Part shown: in pieces, positions 11,351 through 23,607 of the stretch
Layout: each line of letters opens with the position of its first letter
Position numbering within the stretch: position 1 is the stretch's first letter
NCBI GenBank assembly: GCA_002269645.1
Contig: NIVC01004721.1
Coordinates: forward strand, 1-37,037
From: Macrostomum lignano
Taxonomy: Eukaryota
Direction of reading: 5' to 3'
DNA: 37,037 bases
Made by a program: the position numbers and the translations under genes
The notes under the pieces: generated by a model
The model's input: the letters and a program-made list of their open reading frames with translations, nothing else
The model's database searches: none
Told to the model about the DNA's origin: nothing

Positions 11351-11470
11351 CTTGGTGCCGGCTTCAAACGGACACCTCCTGCAGCGGAACCGTTTGACAG
11401 CAGCTGCTGACATCTCAGCTTCCAGGAGCTTCAGCAGTTGTTGGGCGACGAGATTTACAAAGATTGTTAC
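11351..11470 (-). CDS. hb: hunchback-like gene, exon carrying the first half of zinc finger 1
   Basis: aaccgcag acceptor and AAG|GTATGA donor, 40 open codons ending MSAAAVKRFRCRRCPFEAGTK. This supplies the CxxC missing from the next exon in the correct phase. Confidence 0.75.
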
Positions 11471-12429
11471 CTGCGGTTGTTAAACACGCAGAGCTCCTTT
11501 ATTATATAATCCTTCACAGGCTTTGGCTACGGTAATTAATCTTGGAGCGAGAGATGGCAGAGAGAAGCCGCAATTCAAAATAAAAGACACTTTGTCGAAA
11601 AATTTTCACCCGGCCAATCAAAAAATTCCGACCTTTCCTCCTGGCCAAAGAAGATCTCTGCAACAAGTTTCTATACTACAGAAGCAGAGTTTGCCAAAAG
11701 GAAAAACTTCAAGCACAGCGCACACATGGGCAGGCATGCGGGGGTAAAAAACCCCTATACAAGTCCGGCAGGTCAACAGCGGCCATTCGACCAGCAATAT
11801 CATCTTAACAAACTGCCGTTACACCAGTATATTGCACACCCCATTCCTCCTTATCAGCTCCGCTCGCATGCTGTTGCAGCACGCTGAAGAATCGCAGATG
11901 CAATATGTGTGTGGGTTTTTTGTTCAATGCAGAATCTACTTTTTTATGAAGTTTTTGAATCTGCTGGTGTGTTTTGTTTACATCAGGTGGCGCTCGCTCT
12001 AATTTACAATTCGTCAACACGGCCGTGAAATGTTGTGAAAGCTGTCGAGGCAGTTTATGGCAGTTAAAAAAGACGTTTTAAAAATTGGTTACTTTTTTCA
12101 GCTTGCAAACTTCGCAGCGGCTTCTGCTTTCTAGGAAAGGCCGAAATTCGTTTTGCAGCTGAATGGAAATGCCTGGGTTTTAAGTGTTGATGGATTTCAA
12201 ATTAAGAAAGGCACTATTTTCAAACATTTCCTACGCAATAAACTTATCGCATTTTAAGAGCTTTGCTAATGCCGACTCAGGTATTCGGTACTTGTTAGAT
12301 TCGTGCGTTCAGTTGTGCTATGACGAGGTCAAATTAATTGTATTTTGAAGAGGTCCAGCCAGTCTGTTTAGAAGACAATCGATTTCAACTAGAAGGGGCC
12401 GCAAGCATAAGGTATGCCATAGTTTTGTG

Positions 12430-12912
12430 TCTTGGTGGGCGCCCCTATCTCTTGTTGGTGGGCACCAGTGATTCTTGGTGGGCACCCCTGTCTCTTGGTG
12501 GGCACCCCTGTCTCTTGGTGGGCGCCCCTGTCTCTTGGTGGGCACCCCTGTCTCTTGGTGGGCGCCCCTGTCTCTTGGTGGGCACCCCTGTCTCTTGGTG
12601 GGTACCCCTGTCTCTTGGTGGGCGCCCCTGTCTCTTGGTGGGCGCCCCTGTCTCTTGATGGGCGCCCCTGTCTCTTGGTGGGCGCCCCTCTCTTGGTGGG
12701 CGCCCCTGTCTCTTGGTGGGCACCCCTGTCTCTTGATGGGCACCAGTGATTCTTGGTGGGCGCCCCTGTCTCTTGATGGGCACCACTGTCTCTTGGTGGG
12801 CACCCCTGTCTCTTGATGGGCACCAGTGATTCTTGGTGGGCGCCCCTGTCTCTTGATGGGCACCCCTGTCTCTTGATGGGCACCAGTGATTCTTGGTGGG
12901 CGCCCCTGTCTC
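12430..12912. repeat. 20-bp minisatellite (tctcttggtgggcgcccctg)
   Basis: Direct inspection. Confidence 0.93.
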
Positions 12913-13741
12913 TCTGGCCGGTGGATATCACGTTCAGGAGTAGCAAACGTTGAGCTCCTATCATTCGTCGAGCTTGATTGCCTCTTATATTTGGGGGTCC
13001 AATTTTAGAACCATTTTAAACTAAATTGAACCTTTTTGTTATTTTTGAACAGTCATTTTCTAGCTACACTACTGCAAGTAGGCTGCAAGCTATGAATTTC
13101 CTGTTTCTTTTTCAGATTCTTCTTTTCCTCCTGTAGTTTGTTAAGATCTATCAAAGCAGGCTTAAAAGAAATAGAGGCACGTTGTTCACCGATCGAGTTG
13201 AGATCGACCGAGCACGTAAAAATTGAGCAACTTGCATCAGCGGTAATACATCGATTGTTAACAACAATTTACTGTACAAACAAACGGTAACGGAAGATCG
13301 AGCAATATGCATGCAAAATTAATATTCATAATTTATCAATACTTCTGCTTGCATTCGTACATGCAAAAAATTAAGCAGTTGACGCAGCTGCAGAAAAAAA
13401 TTGAGTCTCCATAGCAACCAGAGAAGCATAAATTCGGCATTGATGTGCGAAGCGAAGCATGTAATCTACTTGTACGAGCGTAGTTCGAGTCATTCTGCCA
13501 ATCTATTTGTTGTTGGAAAGCGCTTTTAGCTGATGCTTTAGCGTCACTGCGGATAAATATATTTGTGTCGAACTCAAAATTCCACCTGTAAATCTTCGAT
13601 TGAACAACTATTCCTGTTGTAGTGCCTGAGAATTTACCTTAGCAGAAATAATTTGATGACTTCTTCATAGAGCATGCAACAGAAGACATATCAATGGTGA
13701 TGTGAAGCGGTGGAGGAGACACATTCCTGAGGACGAAGGCC

Positions 13742-14828
13742 ATGAGGAGACGCATCGATGGGGAAGTGAACCAGGAGACACATCGATGGGGAAGTGAACC
13801 AGGAGACACATCGATGGGAAAGTGAACCAGGAGACACATCGATGGGGAAGTGAACCAGGAGACACATCGATGGGGATGTGAACCAGGAGACACATCAATG
13901 GGGGAGTGAACCAGGAGACACATCGATGCGGAAGTGAACCAGGAGACACATCAATGGGGAAGTGAACCAGGAGACACATCGATGGGGAAGTGAACCAGGA
14001 GACACATCGATGCGGAAGTGAACCAGGAGACACATCGATGGGGAAGTGAACCAGGAGACACATCGATGGGGAAGTGAACCAGGAGACACATCGATGGGGA
14101 AGTGAACCAGGAGACACATCGATGGGGAAGTGAACCAGGAGACACATCAATGGGGAAGTGAACCAGGAGACACATCGATGCGGAAGTGAACCAGGAGACA
14201 CATCAATGGGAAAGTGAACCAGGAGACACATCGATGGGAAAGTGAACCAGGAGACACATCGATGGGGAAGTGAACCAGGAGACACATCGATGGGGAAGTG
14301 AACCAGGAGACACATCGATGGGAAAGTGAACCAGGAGACACATCAATGGGGGAGTGAACCAGGAGACACATCAATGGGGGAGTGAACCAGGAGACACATC
14401 AATGGGAAGGTGAACCAGGAGACACATCGATGGGAAAGTGAACCAGGAGACACATCGATGGGGAAGTGAACCAGGAGACACATCAATGGGGGAGTGAACC
14501 AGGAGACACATCGATGGGAAGTGAACCAGGAGACACATCGATGGGGAAGTGAACCAGGAGACACATCAATGGGGGAGTGAACCAGGAGACACATCGATGC
14601 GGAAGTGAACCAGGAGACACATCAATGGGAAAGTGAACCAGGAGACACATCGATGGGAAAGTGAACCAGGAGACACATCGATGGGGAAGTGAACCAGGAG
14701 ACACATCAATGGGGGAGTGAACCAGGAGACACATCGATGGGGGAGTGAACCAGGAGACACATCGATGGGGAAGTGAACCAGGAGACACATCAATGGGGGA
14801 GTGAACCAGGAGACACATTGATGGGGGA
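13742..14828. repeat. 28-bp minisatellite (ggggaagtgaaccaggagacacatcgat)
   Basis: About 38 units, starting about 155 nt downstream of the Cas stop codon. Confidence 0.95.
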
Positions 14829-14982
14829 CAGCACCTTTGAGGTCCTACATGCGTAGAGTTCAGAGGACACTGGGAAAAAGAGCATGAGCAGAACAAAGAG
14901 AGGCAAGGACGAAAGCACAACCAACAATATCACTATGCAATAATTTCAACTGGAAAAGTCTGTCTGTCGAGTCCTCAAACCC

Positions 14983-15508
14983 TCAATGCACTCCCGCAGT
15001 CGCTCTGAGCATCACTAGCTGGCTTAGCTCGCGCACCATGTCCAAAGATTCGGCGATGTACTTCGACAGCTGGCCGGCCAGCTGCTGCTGCCACTCGGCC
15101 GGCGCCGTCTCCATGACTGCCTTGGATGTGCGCAGAATAGCTTTGAGCTGGTGGCCCAGACGGCTGATCAGATGTTCTAGGGCGGACTTCAACTGCACCG
15201 AGTGCAGGCCTTCGTGTAGCATGGCAGCCATCTGGCTCAGCTTGTAGGCTCGGGACACCAGACTGCGGCAGAGGCTGCCAATGACTGCCCCGGATGACTG
15301 GCGCGAAGACAGCACCCCCTGCAGGTCCTGGCACATGACTGCGTAAGCTTCGCTGCCCATGCGGAGTCGTTCGCTGTATATGACGAGGAGTTCCCGGTCG
15401 CCAGGCGGCAGTCCGGTGGTTGAGTCGGTGAGTAAGTTCATGCGCATGTAATCCGATGTCGCATTCTGGTTCTGCGACCCGCTTGATTGTGACGAAACCA
15501 ATGATAAT
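14983..15508 (-). CDS. p130CAS: Cas-family adaptor, terminal exon (C-terminal FAT-like/CCH domain)
   Basis: tttgcacag acceptor in phase 2 matching the donor at 16946. GDRELLVIY...LVSRAYKLSQMAAML...LKAILRTSKAV parallels the Cas-family DRQLLLFY...SAHKLVFIGDTL...IVATTKAA pattern. Confidence 0.8.
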
Positions 15509-15639
15509 CTGTGCAAATAGAAAGACAGTGAACTGATGGTTTCGAGATGTTTGTGGATCCGTCATCCATCGCCAAAAAGTCGAGACACTACGGTCAGAGG
15601 GAGGCACCACAATCCAAGCGAAGAGAGACTTAACGATCG

Positions 15640-16880
15640 GAAAGACACTCATCGGTCAGAGAGACACTCAACGGTCAGAGAGACACTCAACGGTTAGAGG
15701 ACACTCATCGGTCAGAGAGACACTCAACGGTCAGAGAGACACTTAACGGTCAGAGAGACACTTAACGGTCAGAGAGCCACTTAACGGTCAGAGAGACACT
15801 TAACGGTCAGAGGAAACTCATCGGTCAGAGAGACACTCATCAGTCAGAGAGTCACTCATTGGTCAGAGAGACACTTAACGGTCAGAGAGACACTTAACGG
15901 TCAGAGGAAACTCATCGGTCAGAGAGACACTTAACGGTCAGAGGAAACTCATCGGTCAGAGAGACAAGAGACACTCATCGGTCAGAGAGACACTCATCGG
16001 TCAGAGGAAACTCATCGGTCAGAGAGACAAGAGACACTCATCGGTCAGAGAGACAACTCATCGGTCAGAGAGACACTCATCGGTCAGAGAGACACTTAAC
16101 GGTCAGAGGAAACTCATCGGTCAGAGAGACACTTAACGGTCAGAGGAAACTCATCGGTCAGAGAGACAAGAGACACTCATCGGTCAGAGGAAACTCATCG
16201 GTCAGAGAGACAAGAGACACTCATCGGTCAGAGGAAACTCATCGGTCAGAGAGACAAGAGACACTCATCGGTCAGAGAGACAACTCATCGGTCAGAGAGA
16301 CTCTCATCGGTCAGAGAGACACTCAACGGTCAGAGGAAACTCATCGGTCAGAGAGACAAGAGACACTCATCGGTCAGAGAGACACTCATCGGTCAGAGAG
16401 ACACTCAACGGTCAGAGGAAACTCATCGGTCAGAGAGACAAGAGACACTCATCGGTCAGAGAGACAACTCATCGGTCAGAGAGACACTCATCGGTCAGAG
16501 AGACACTCAACGGTCAGAGGAAACTCATCGGTCAGAGAGACAAGAGACACTCATCGGTCAGAGAGACACTCATCGGTCAGAGAGACACTCATCGGTCAGA
16601 GGAAACTCATCGGTCAGAGAGACACTCATCGGTCAGAGAGACACTCAACGGTCAGAGGAAACTCATCGGTCAGAGAGACAAGAGACACTCATCGATCAGA
16701 GAGACACTCATCGGTCAGAGAGACACTCATCGGTCAGAGGAAACTCATCGGTCAGAGAGACACTTAACGATCAGAGAGACACTAAACGGTCAGAAGACAC
16801 TCATCGGTCAGAGGGACAAGAGACACTCATCGGTCAGAGAGACACTCATCGGTCGGAGAGTTGGGGAGACACCACAGTCA
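15640..16880. repeat. 19-bp minisatellite (acactcatcggtcagagag) with 18- and 26-bp variants
   Basis: Fills nearly the whole last Cas intron. Confidence 0.93.
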
Positions 16881-16946
16881 GAGATACTCAACAATGTCAG
16901 ACAGTCAGTCACCAGAGCTAGAGCTCAGAGCTACACCCAGTCGCAC

Positions 16947-18429
16947 CGTTGCATCTGTTGCTGCTGCCCCCAGTCTTCTGTCTCAATCGGGATAACTTTC
17001 TCATCGAGTTGATCGAATGCCACCGGAAATAGCAGAGGCGCGTTGGCATGCACGGCTGTCGAAAGCGCCCTCTGCTGGATCTGCAGGTCGCGAGCGGAGC
17101 TGACGCAGAAGCCCAAGTAGTCAGTCGCCTGCTCCGAGCACGCCTCCGCCACCAGCCGCGGGTTCCAGTCAAGTCGACGAATTCCAGCAACGGCATCGGC
17201 AAACTCCATAGCGTTCCGTTCGAACACTCGCAGGTGTTTCCACACCTTTTTGCAGAGCGCCCTGTCCGGACAGGCCTCCAGTCGGGCATTGTTCAGCACT
17301 CCGTAGTGGAACTCGACTAGCTGGCCCAGCAGCTCATTCAACTCTGTGATAGTCGGTCGGAGGCTCGCCATGTTCAACGCCAACGAAGCCTCCGCCTTCC
17401 ACCGACTGTGGATGAACTTGTAGAGACGAGAGCAGCGCTCGCTGAAGTCCGTCTCCAGTTTGCGCAGCCGATCAACGGCGTCGGCCAGCGTCAGGCGGAG
17501 CTGACACTCCGGCCGGAAGGCGATGTCCTCGGAGTCAATGGACTCAGTGTTCGACATCAGGCTGCGCTTGTCCGACTCCATCAGCAGGTCGCTGACGCTG
17601 CCGCTTTCACGGCCGCTGCCGCTGCCGCCTCCAGCCGGGGAAGCAAGAAGGTCATCAAGGAATTCGCGAGTGATTCGGTGCTGCTGCGGCTGCTGCTGCT
17701 GCTGAGGCTTTCGCGGCTGAGGCGACTCCGAGGACGCGATTGAAGACGCGGCCGCCGCGGCGGCGTTAATATTCTGGTAGTCTGAGCAGCCGCTCTCGGC
17801 GATGCTGCCCCGATGCTGTAGTCGTAGTCCCCGTCTGTGGAGGCCACCGGGTGCGCGGGCGGCAGCGCGTAGTCGCTGTCATCTTTGGCGCCGGGGGCGC
17901 GCAGCTCCGCTTGGCTTGGAAGCTCGTCGTAGTTTGGCGCCGCAATGCCGCTAGGAGGCACAACGGCGTAGTCGAGGTTCTTTAAGTCGTCGTAGAAACT
18001 GTCCGGCGTTCCGTTGCCGCCGCTGCCAGTTCCTGGGCCGCCGGGACCGCCGCCGCCGCCGGCACCGACACCAGCGCTGTTACCGAAATTACCTGCCGCT
18101 TGACTGTCGTTGAATCTCACAGACTTTGGCTGCCTGCCGAGGAACAGCAGCAGGTTGCTGCCGCTTGCGCCGCCGTTGACCTGCTGAGTCGGAAGGGACG
18201 GCGACGAGGTGGACGTCGGAGGCGACTGCGAGTGGTGCACAGCGGAGGGTGAATCGGCGACAGCGGCCGGTTGAGAACCCGTGTTGTCGTAGAGGTCCCA
18301 GGCCGAGCTCGACTGTTGTCCCTGGCGTAGAGAGGCGTTCGCAGCTGCTGCCGTCGTTGCGGCGTCCTGACGAGCAGCTGGAGACTTTTTCCGTTTTGTC
18401 GATTTACCTCCCTCTGCGTCATCCGGCGC
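16947..18429 (-). CDS. p130CAS: Cas-family adaptor, large exon (substrate region plus serine-rich four-helix bundle); 1-nt deletion at 17808-17811
   Basis: ttcttctccgaacctgcag acceptor and CG|GTGCGA donor. The frame is open except for one shift in a G run. Tyr motifs are followed by LTLADAVDRLRKLE...WK...LVEF...DRALCKKV, matching the Cas serine-rich domain. Confidence 0.8.
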
Positions 18430-18619
18430 CTGCAGGTTCGGAGAAGAAGAATCGGCAAGTGAGAGGCAGGCTTTTGGCTGCTTTTATCCAGTTTTTCGGT
18501 ATGGTCTGAGCGACCAAGTCTGGCCACGGCGTTGGCCCTGTGGACTGGTTGAAATTTCTCATCTCTTTTAATGAAGATTACACCTGATTTGACAGTGATT
18601 GCTATCCTCTGTCTCCCTC

Positions 18620-19020
18620 CCACCCTGTCTACCTCTCCCTCGTCCCTACTGCCTACTTCAACGTCTACCTCTCTCCTCTTCTCCCTACTTCTCCGTCTAC
18701 CTCCCTCCTCTTCTCCCTACTTCTCTGTCTACGTCTCTCCTCTTCTCCCTACTTCTCCGTCTACCTCTCTCCTCTTCTCCCTACTTCTCCGTCTACCTCT
18801 CTCCTCTTCTCCCTACTTCTCCGTCTACCTCTCTCCTCTTCTCCCTACTTCTCCGTCTACCTCTCTCCTCTTCTTCCTACTTCTCCGTCTACGTCTCTCC
18901 TCTTCTTCCTACTTCTCTGTCTACCTCTCTCCTCTTCTTCCTACTTCTCTGTCTACCTCTCTCCTCTTCTTCCTACTTCTCTGTCTACCTCTCTCCTCTT
19001 CTCCCTACTTCTCCGCCTAC
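18620..19020. repeat. 32-bp pyrimidine-rich array (ttctccgtctacctctctcctcttctccctac)
   Basis: Direct inspection. Confidence 0.9.
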
Positions 19021-19568
19021 GTCTTTCATGTTTTTCTTCATACTGTCTCAATCGCCCTTTTCTATATTCACAATTCACTCTTACTTTCTCCGTTTGCCGT
19101 CTCATCGTCCCTCTTCCTCTCTACCCCCTCTCCCTCTCTCTCATCTCTCTCTTATTAGCTGCGCAGTCTCTGACGTCCCGCCGTTTGGTTCGCAAGTCAG
19201 CCATAAAAAATTATGAGGGGCGGTATGAGACCGTGGCAACGTCACCGCCCACAAGCCAGCCTAGTGCTCATACTTTGTGCCCACAGCTCGCTTTGATGAC
19301 TCGGGCGGTGAAAATTAATATTTTTCCTGCCCCAAAAGATGCGAATTGTTTTTGTGCCATGCACTCCGCGAAGAGAGTCTTGCTAAGTTATTATAAAATA
19401 GCATTTACTTTTTCAACGCAATGGCGCAGGGTTCCTGTGTAATACTGATCATTAATGCAGTGCCAGATTTAAGTATTTAAGTGCAATTGCCTAATTTGTA
19501 ACATATTACTGTATGTTTTGTGATTAGTGACAATTCGACGTGTTAATGCTGCATCCCCACAGATGGAT

Positions 19569-19915
19569 CAGGGGAATTCCGTCACCCGCAACACAGAGAA
19601 ACTAGGGGAATTCCGTCACCCGCAACACAGAGAAACTAGGGGAATTCCGTCACCCGCAACACAGAGAAACTAAGGGAATTCCTTCACCTTTAACAGAGGA
19701 ACTAGGGGAATTCCGTCACCCGCAACTCAGAGGAACTAGGGGAATTCCGTCATCCACAATACAGAGAAACTAGGGGAATTCCGTCACCTTTAAGACAGAG
19801 GAACTAGGGGAATTCCATCACCCCCAACACAGGGGAACTAGGGGAACTCCTTCACCCCAAACACAAAGCAACTAGGGGAATTCCTTCACCCCAAACACAG
19901 AGGAACTAGGGGAAC
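19569..19915. repeat. About 39-bp minisatellite (ggggaattccgtcacccgcaacacagagaaacta-like), about 9 units
   Basis: Direct inspection. Confidence 0.9.
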
Positions 19916-20859
19916 TCTGTGGGCTAGTAAATAAAATAACTATTTCAGAAAACAGAAATGCAATATTGATAGAAGTTTTCCTCACCGATTTGCCGCCAGT
20001 GCAGCAGAAAAATTTCTGCCAGAACGGCATGCCGGGCGGTTTTCAAATCGTCAACAAAGAGAGGACAAAAAGTTGTCAAATCATTGCTGCTTCTGCTGTT
20101 GCTAGGCCAGACACAACAACTGCTGGGTTCCTACTAAAGAGCTCTGCTTAGATAACGAATATGTATATATAAGCTTGACTTAAAACTGACTTTGAATATC
20201 AGAGTATAATATATCGAGCTTCAAATGCACTAGCAAGGCACTATATAGCTATATAAGCCTATCTAATTTATATTAGGAGAATTGGTGCGTTTAATACAAG
20301 CAAGTACGAGCTCTCGGTTGTGTACACTCCTGCCGCACTGCCCCGCACTAGAGAGAGAAGAGCAGAGGGTAACCCATGCTCCACTTGGGGCTCACCGTCT
20401 TCTCTCTCCCTATTCGAGTCGAGTAGCTAGGGGGGGGGGGGTTCTCTGCTTTTTCGAAACCCACCGGACCCTCCATTCTCTGTGCTGCGCCCCCCGTACC
20501 TGCTTAATAGTGCCAACAGATTTGAGTACACCAAATATGCCAATTAGCAATGCATTCATCTTGTTTGCCTTTTCAGCATATGCAGTATTAACGGAATCAC
20601 TGCACAGGGTAGATTATGCCTGCAATGTGTGCGTGCAATGCAAATGCATATTGGTCATTTCAGTTCACTGTTTGGGGCAGAGAGGTACGTGGAGCTCGGA
20701 CTGTTTAATTATATGCACCTCCTGTAATGAGCTTAAGGTTTACAAATTTACTAAATAGGCAAATAACCCGTAAGACACCTCCATTAAATCATTAAATTTA
20801 ACAACTTGTCCTGTATCCCGTCCAAAACAACAGCCAAAAACCCAACTGTCTGACATCTG

Positions 20860-21858
20860 ACATTCTGACATCCCATGAACCTCCCCCTTCTGACACCCAT
20901 AAACACCCCCTTCCGACAGCCATAAACACCCCCTTCTGACACCAATAAACACTCCCCTTTCTGACACCCATAAACACCCCTCTTCTGACACCCATAAACA
21001 CCCCCTTCTGACACCAATAAACACCCCCTTCTGACACCAATAAACACCTCCTTCTGACACCAATAAACACCCCCTTCTGACACCAATAAACACCCCTCTT
21101 CTGACACCCATAAACACCCCCTTCTGACACCAATAAACACCCCCTTCTGACACCAATAAACACCCCCTTCTGACACCAATAAACACCCCTCTTCTGACAC
21201 CAATAAACACCCCCTTCTGACACCAATAAACACCCCCTTCTGACACCAATAAACACCCCTCTTCTGACACCAATAAACACCCCCTTCTGACACCAATAAA
21301 CACCCCCTTCTGACACCAATAAACACCCCCTTCTGACACCAATAAACACCCCCTTCTGACACCAATAAACACCCCTCTTCTGACACCAATAAAGCACCCC
21401 CTTCTGACACCAATAAACACCCCTCTTCTGACACCAATAAACACCCCTCTTCTGACACCAATAAACACCCCCTTCTGACACCAATAAACACCCCTTTTCT
21501 GACACCAATAAACACCCATCTTCTGACGCCAATAAACACCCCCTTCTGACACCCATAAACACCCCCTTCTGACACCAATAAACACCCATCTTCTGACGCC
21601 CATAAACACCCCCCTTCTGACACCCATAAACACCCCCTTCTGACACCAATAAACACCCCCTTCTGACACCAATAAACACCCCCTTCTGACACCAATAAAG
21701 CACCCCCTTCTGACACCAATAAACACCCCCTTCTGACACCAATAAAGCACCCCCTTCTGACACCAATAAACACCCCTCTTCTGACACCAATAAACACCCC
21801 CTTCTGACGCCCATAAACACCCCCCTTCTGACACCCATAAACACCCCCCTTCCGACAG
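20860..21858. repeat. 23/24-bp minisatellite (ctgacaccaataaacaccccctt)
   Basis: Begins about 12 nt into the intron after the SH3 exon; produces three long spurious ORFs. Confidence 0.95.
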
Positions 21859-21871
21859 CCACCCGGCTCAC

Positions 21872-22060
21872 CTCCAGCACGCCAATCAGCTGCAACCTGT
21901 TGGCCGGTGCGATCCCGGTTCTGCCCCTGTATGCGCAGAGCCACCAGCCAGTCAGCCCCGGTGGCTGCTGGTCCAGCACCGTCAGGATAGCGTCCCGCTG
22001 AAAGTGCAGCTCGGTCTCGTAGCTGGACTGATTGTCGTACAGAGCCTTGGCCAGCAGCGC
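21872..22060 (-). CDS. p130CAS: Cas-family adaptor, SH3 exon
   Basis: atgtccgcag acceptor and GTGAGC donor, 63 codons. ALLAKALYDNQSSYETELHFQRDAILTVLDQQPPGLTGWWLCAYRGRTGIAPANRLQLIGVLE is a Cas-type SH3 (ALYDN, GWWLC, GIxPxNRL). Confidence 0.92.
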
Positions 22061-22624
22061 CTGCGGACATTTGAAATTTCAGTATTGAAATGAAAATTTT
22101 AAATAACAAAATTTATTTGCTTTTAATTGAGCTTACACATTGTTGGTTCCAGCTAAAATTTCTGGGCTCTGGTGGGCCCGACAGGCAGCTGAGCAGCAAG
22201 TTCATGAATGCGAATTCGAACAGAAATAGCCTATTTCAACTACAAGCACGAAAGCAGCAAATTAATTTTCCTTTTTAATATAGCTGGCTTACTGCAGTAT
22301 GCAAGCCTGAAAGTCTTAAAAGCTGCTGCATTTTTTCCTTCCTTCTTCCTAGGCCAATTGCGTTCGAGCTGCGAGTGCCTTGCAGTAGTCGGAAAAATTA
22401 TTAATCGAAAATTTGTTAGGGACAGGCCCGGTTCTGCGAGGCCCAGGTTACTCAGTATAAATGGTTTGAATTGCCCTGATTGTTAACTCTGCAAGCTGCA
22501 TTGGCACCCAGAATGAACTGAAAATTATTATTTGAATTCATGCACTGAGCTATGAGGTATAACAGCTAGTAGTTTAGCTACTCTAAAATGCAATTTACTG
22601 TTCAATATCGAATGCTTCTTCCCG

Positions 22625-23075
22625 GTCTTCCGATCTCTCCCCATTTCTCCAATCATTTCTCCCCATCTCCTATTTCTTCATATTTCTTCCCATTTCCACC
22701 ATTTCCCGCCATTTCAACCCATTTCTCCCCATTTATCCTCTTTTCTCCCAATTTCTCCGCATTTCTCCTCATTTTTCCCTATTTCTCCCCATCTATCCTC
22801 ATTTCTCCCCATTTCTTCCTATTCTCCCCCACATCTCCCAACAAAAACCCGTATCTCCCAACAAATACCCATATCTCCCATCAAATACCCGTATCTCCCA
22901 ACAAATACCCGTATCTCCCAACAAAAACCCGTATCTCCCAACAAATACCCGTATCTCCCATCAAATACCCGTATCTCCCATCAAATACCCGTATCTCTCC
23001 ATTTCCTCCGTTTCTTCTTATTTCTCCTCATTTCTTCCCATTTCCCTTCATTCTACCCATCATACCTCTCCATTT
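22625..23075. repeat. Pyrimidine-rich low-complexity tract with an internal 20-bp array (aaatacccgtatctcccaac)
   Basis: Direct inspection; the 20-mer spans about 22840-22995. Confidence 0.85.
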
Positions 23076-23607
23076 CTCTCCGGATAGCATCTGCTTAAAA
23101 ATGGCATAATAGTACTATAGCTGTCAAGTAATTTCTTTCAGGAATTTTTCTCCTTAAGCCTTAAGCAGCAATTGCCAACAACAGTTGCTATCGATATTGC
23201 TTTCACTTTATACATGTACTGGCAATATAAGATTCTGCAAGGGCACACTACTAGCAAGAGTGACTCATAAGTGAACTGCTGACCATCTACTTTTACTGAT
23301 CATTTCTAGCATTTCTTCAGTTTACTTCGAGGAATTTAGTTACGTACGTATATACATCCTCTTCAATATGCAGCTTTATTACCCCACCGAAAATATCGTT
23401 TCTACTTGTTGGGGGGGGGGGGCGTGATTGTAAGAAAACCGCATGAGTCACTCGGGCCTGCTGCGGAAGCTTAGGATGCTGTGTGCCAGATTAATTGGTT
23501 GATGAAGCTAGAGAGCCAGGGACGTGAGGAGGTCTGGGATGGACTACCTGGAAAACAATGAGAGTCTGAGGTGGAGACTGATGTGTATAAATGAAGGACA
23601 TGGGGGA

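Noticed and set aside
11805-12020. 71-aa minus-strand ORF as a possible upstream hb exon
   Set aside because: No convincing donor in the required phase and no Hb similarity.
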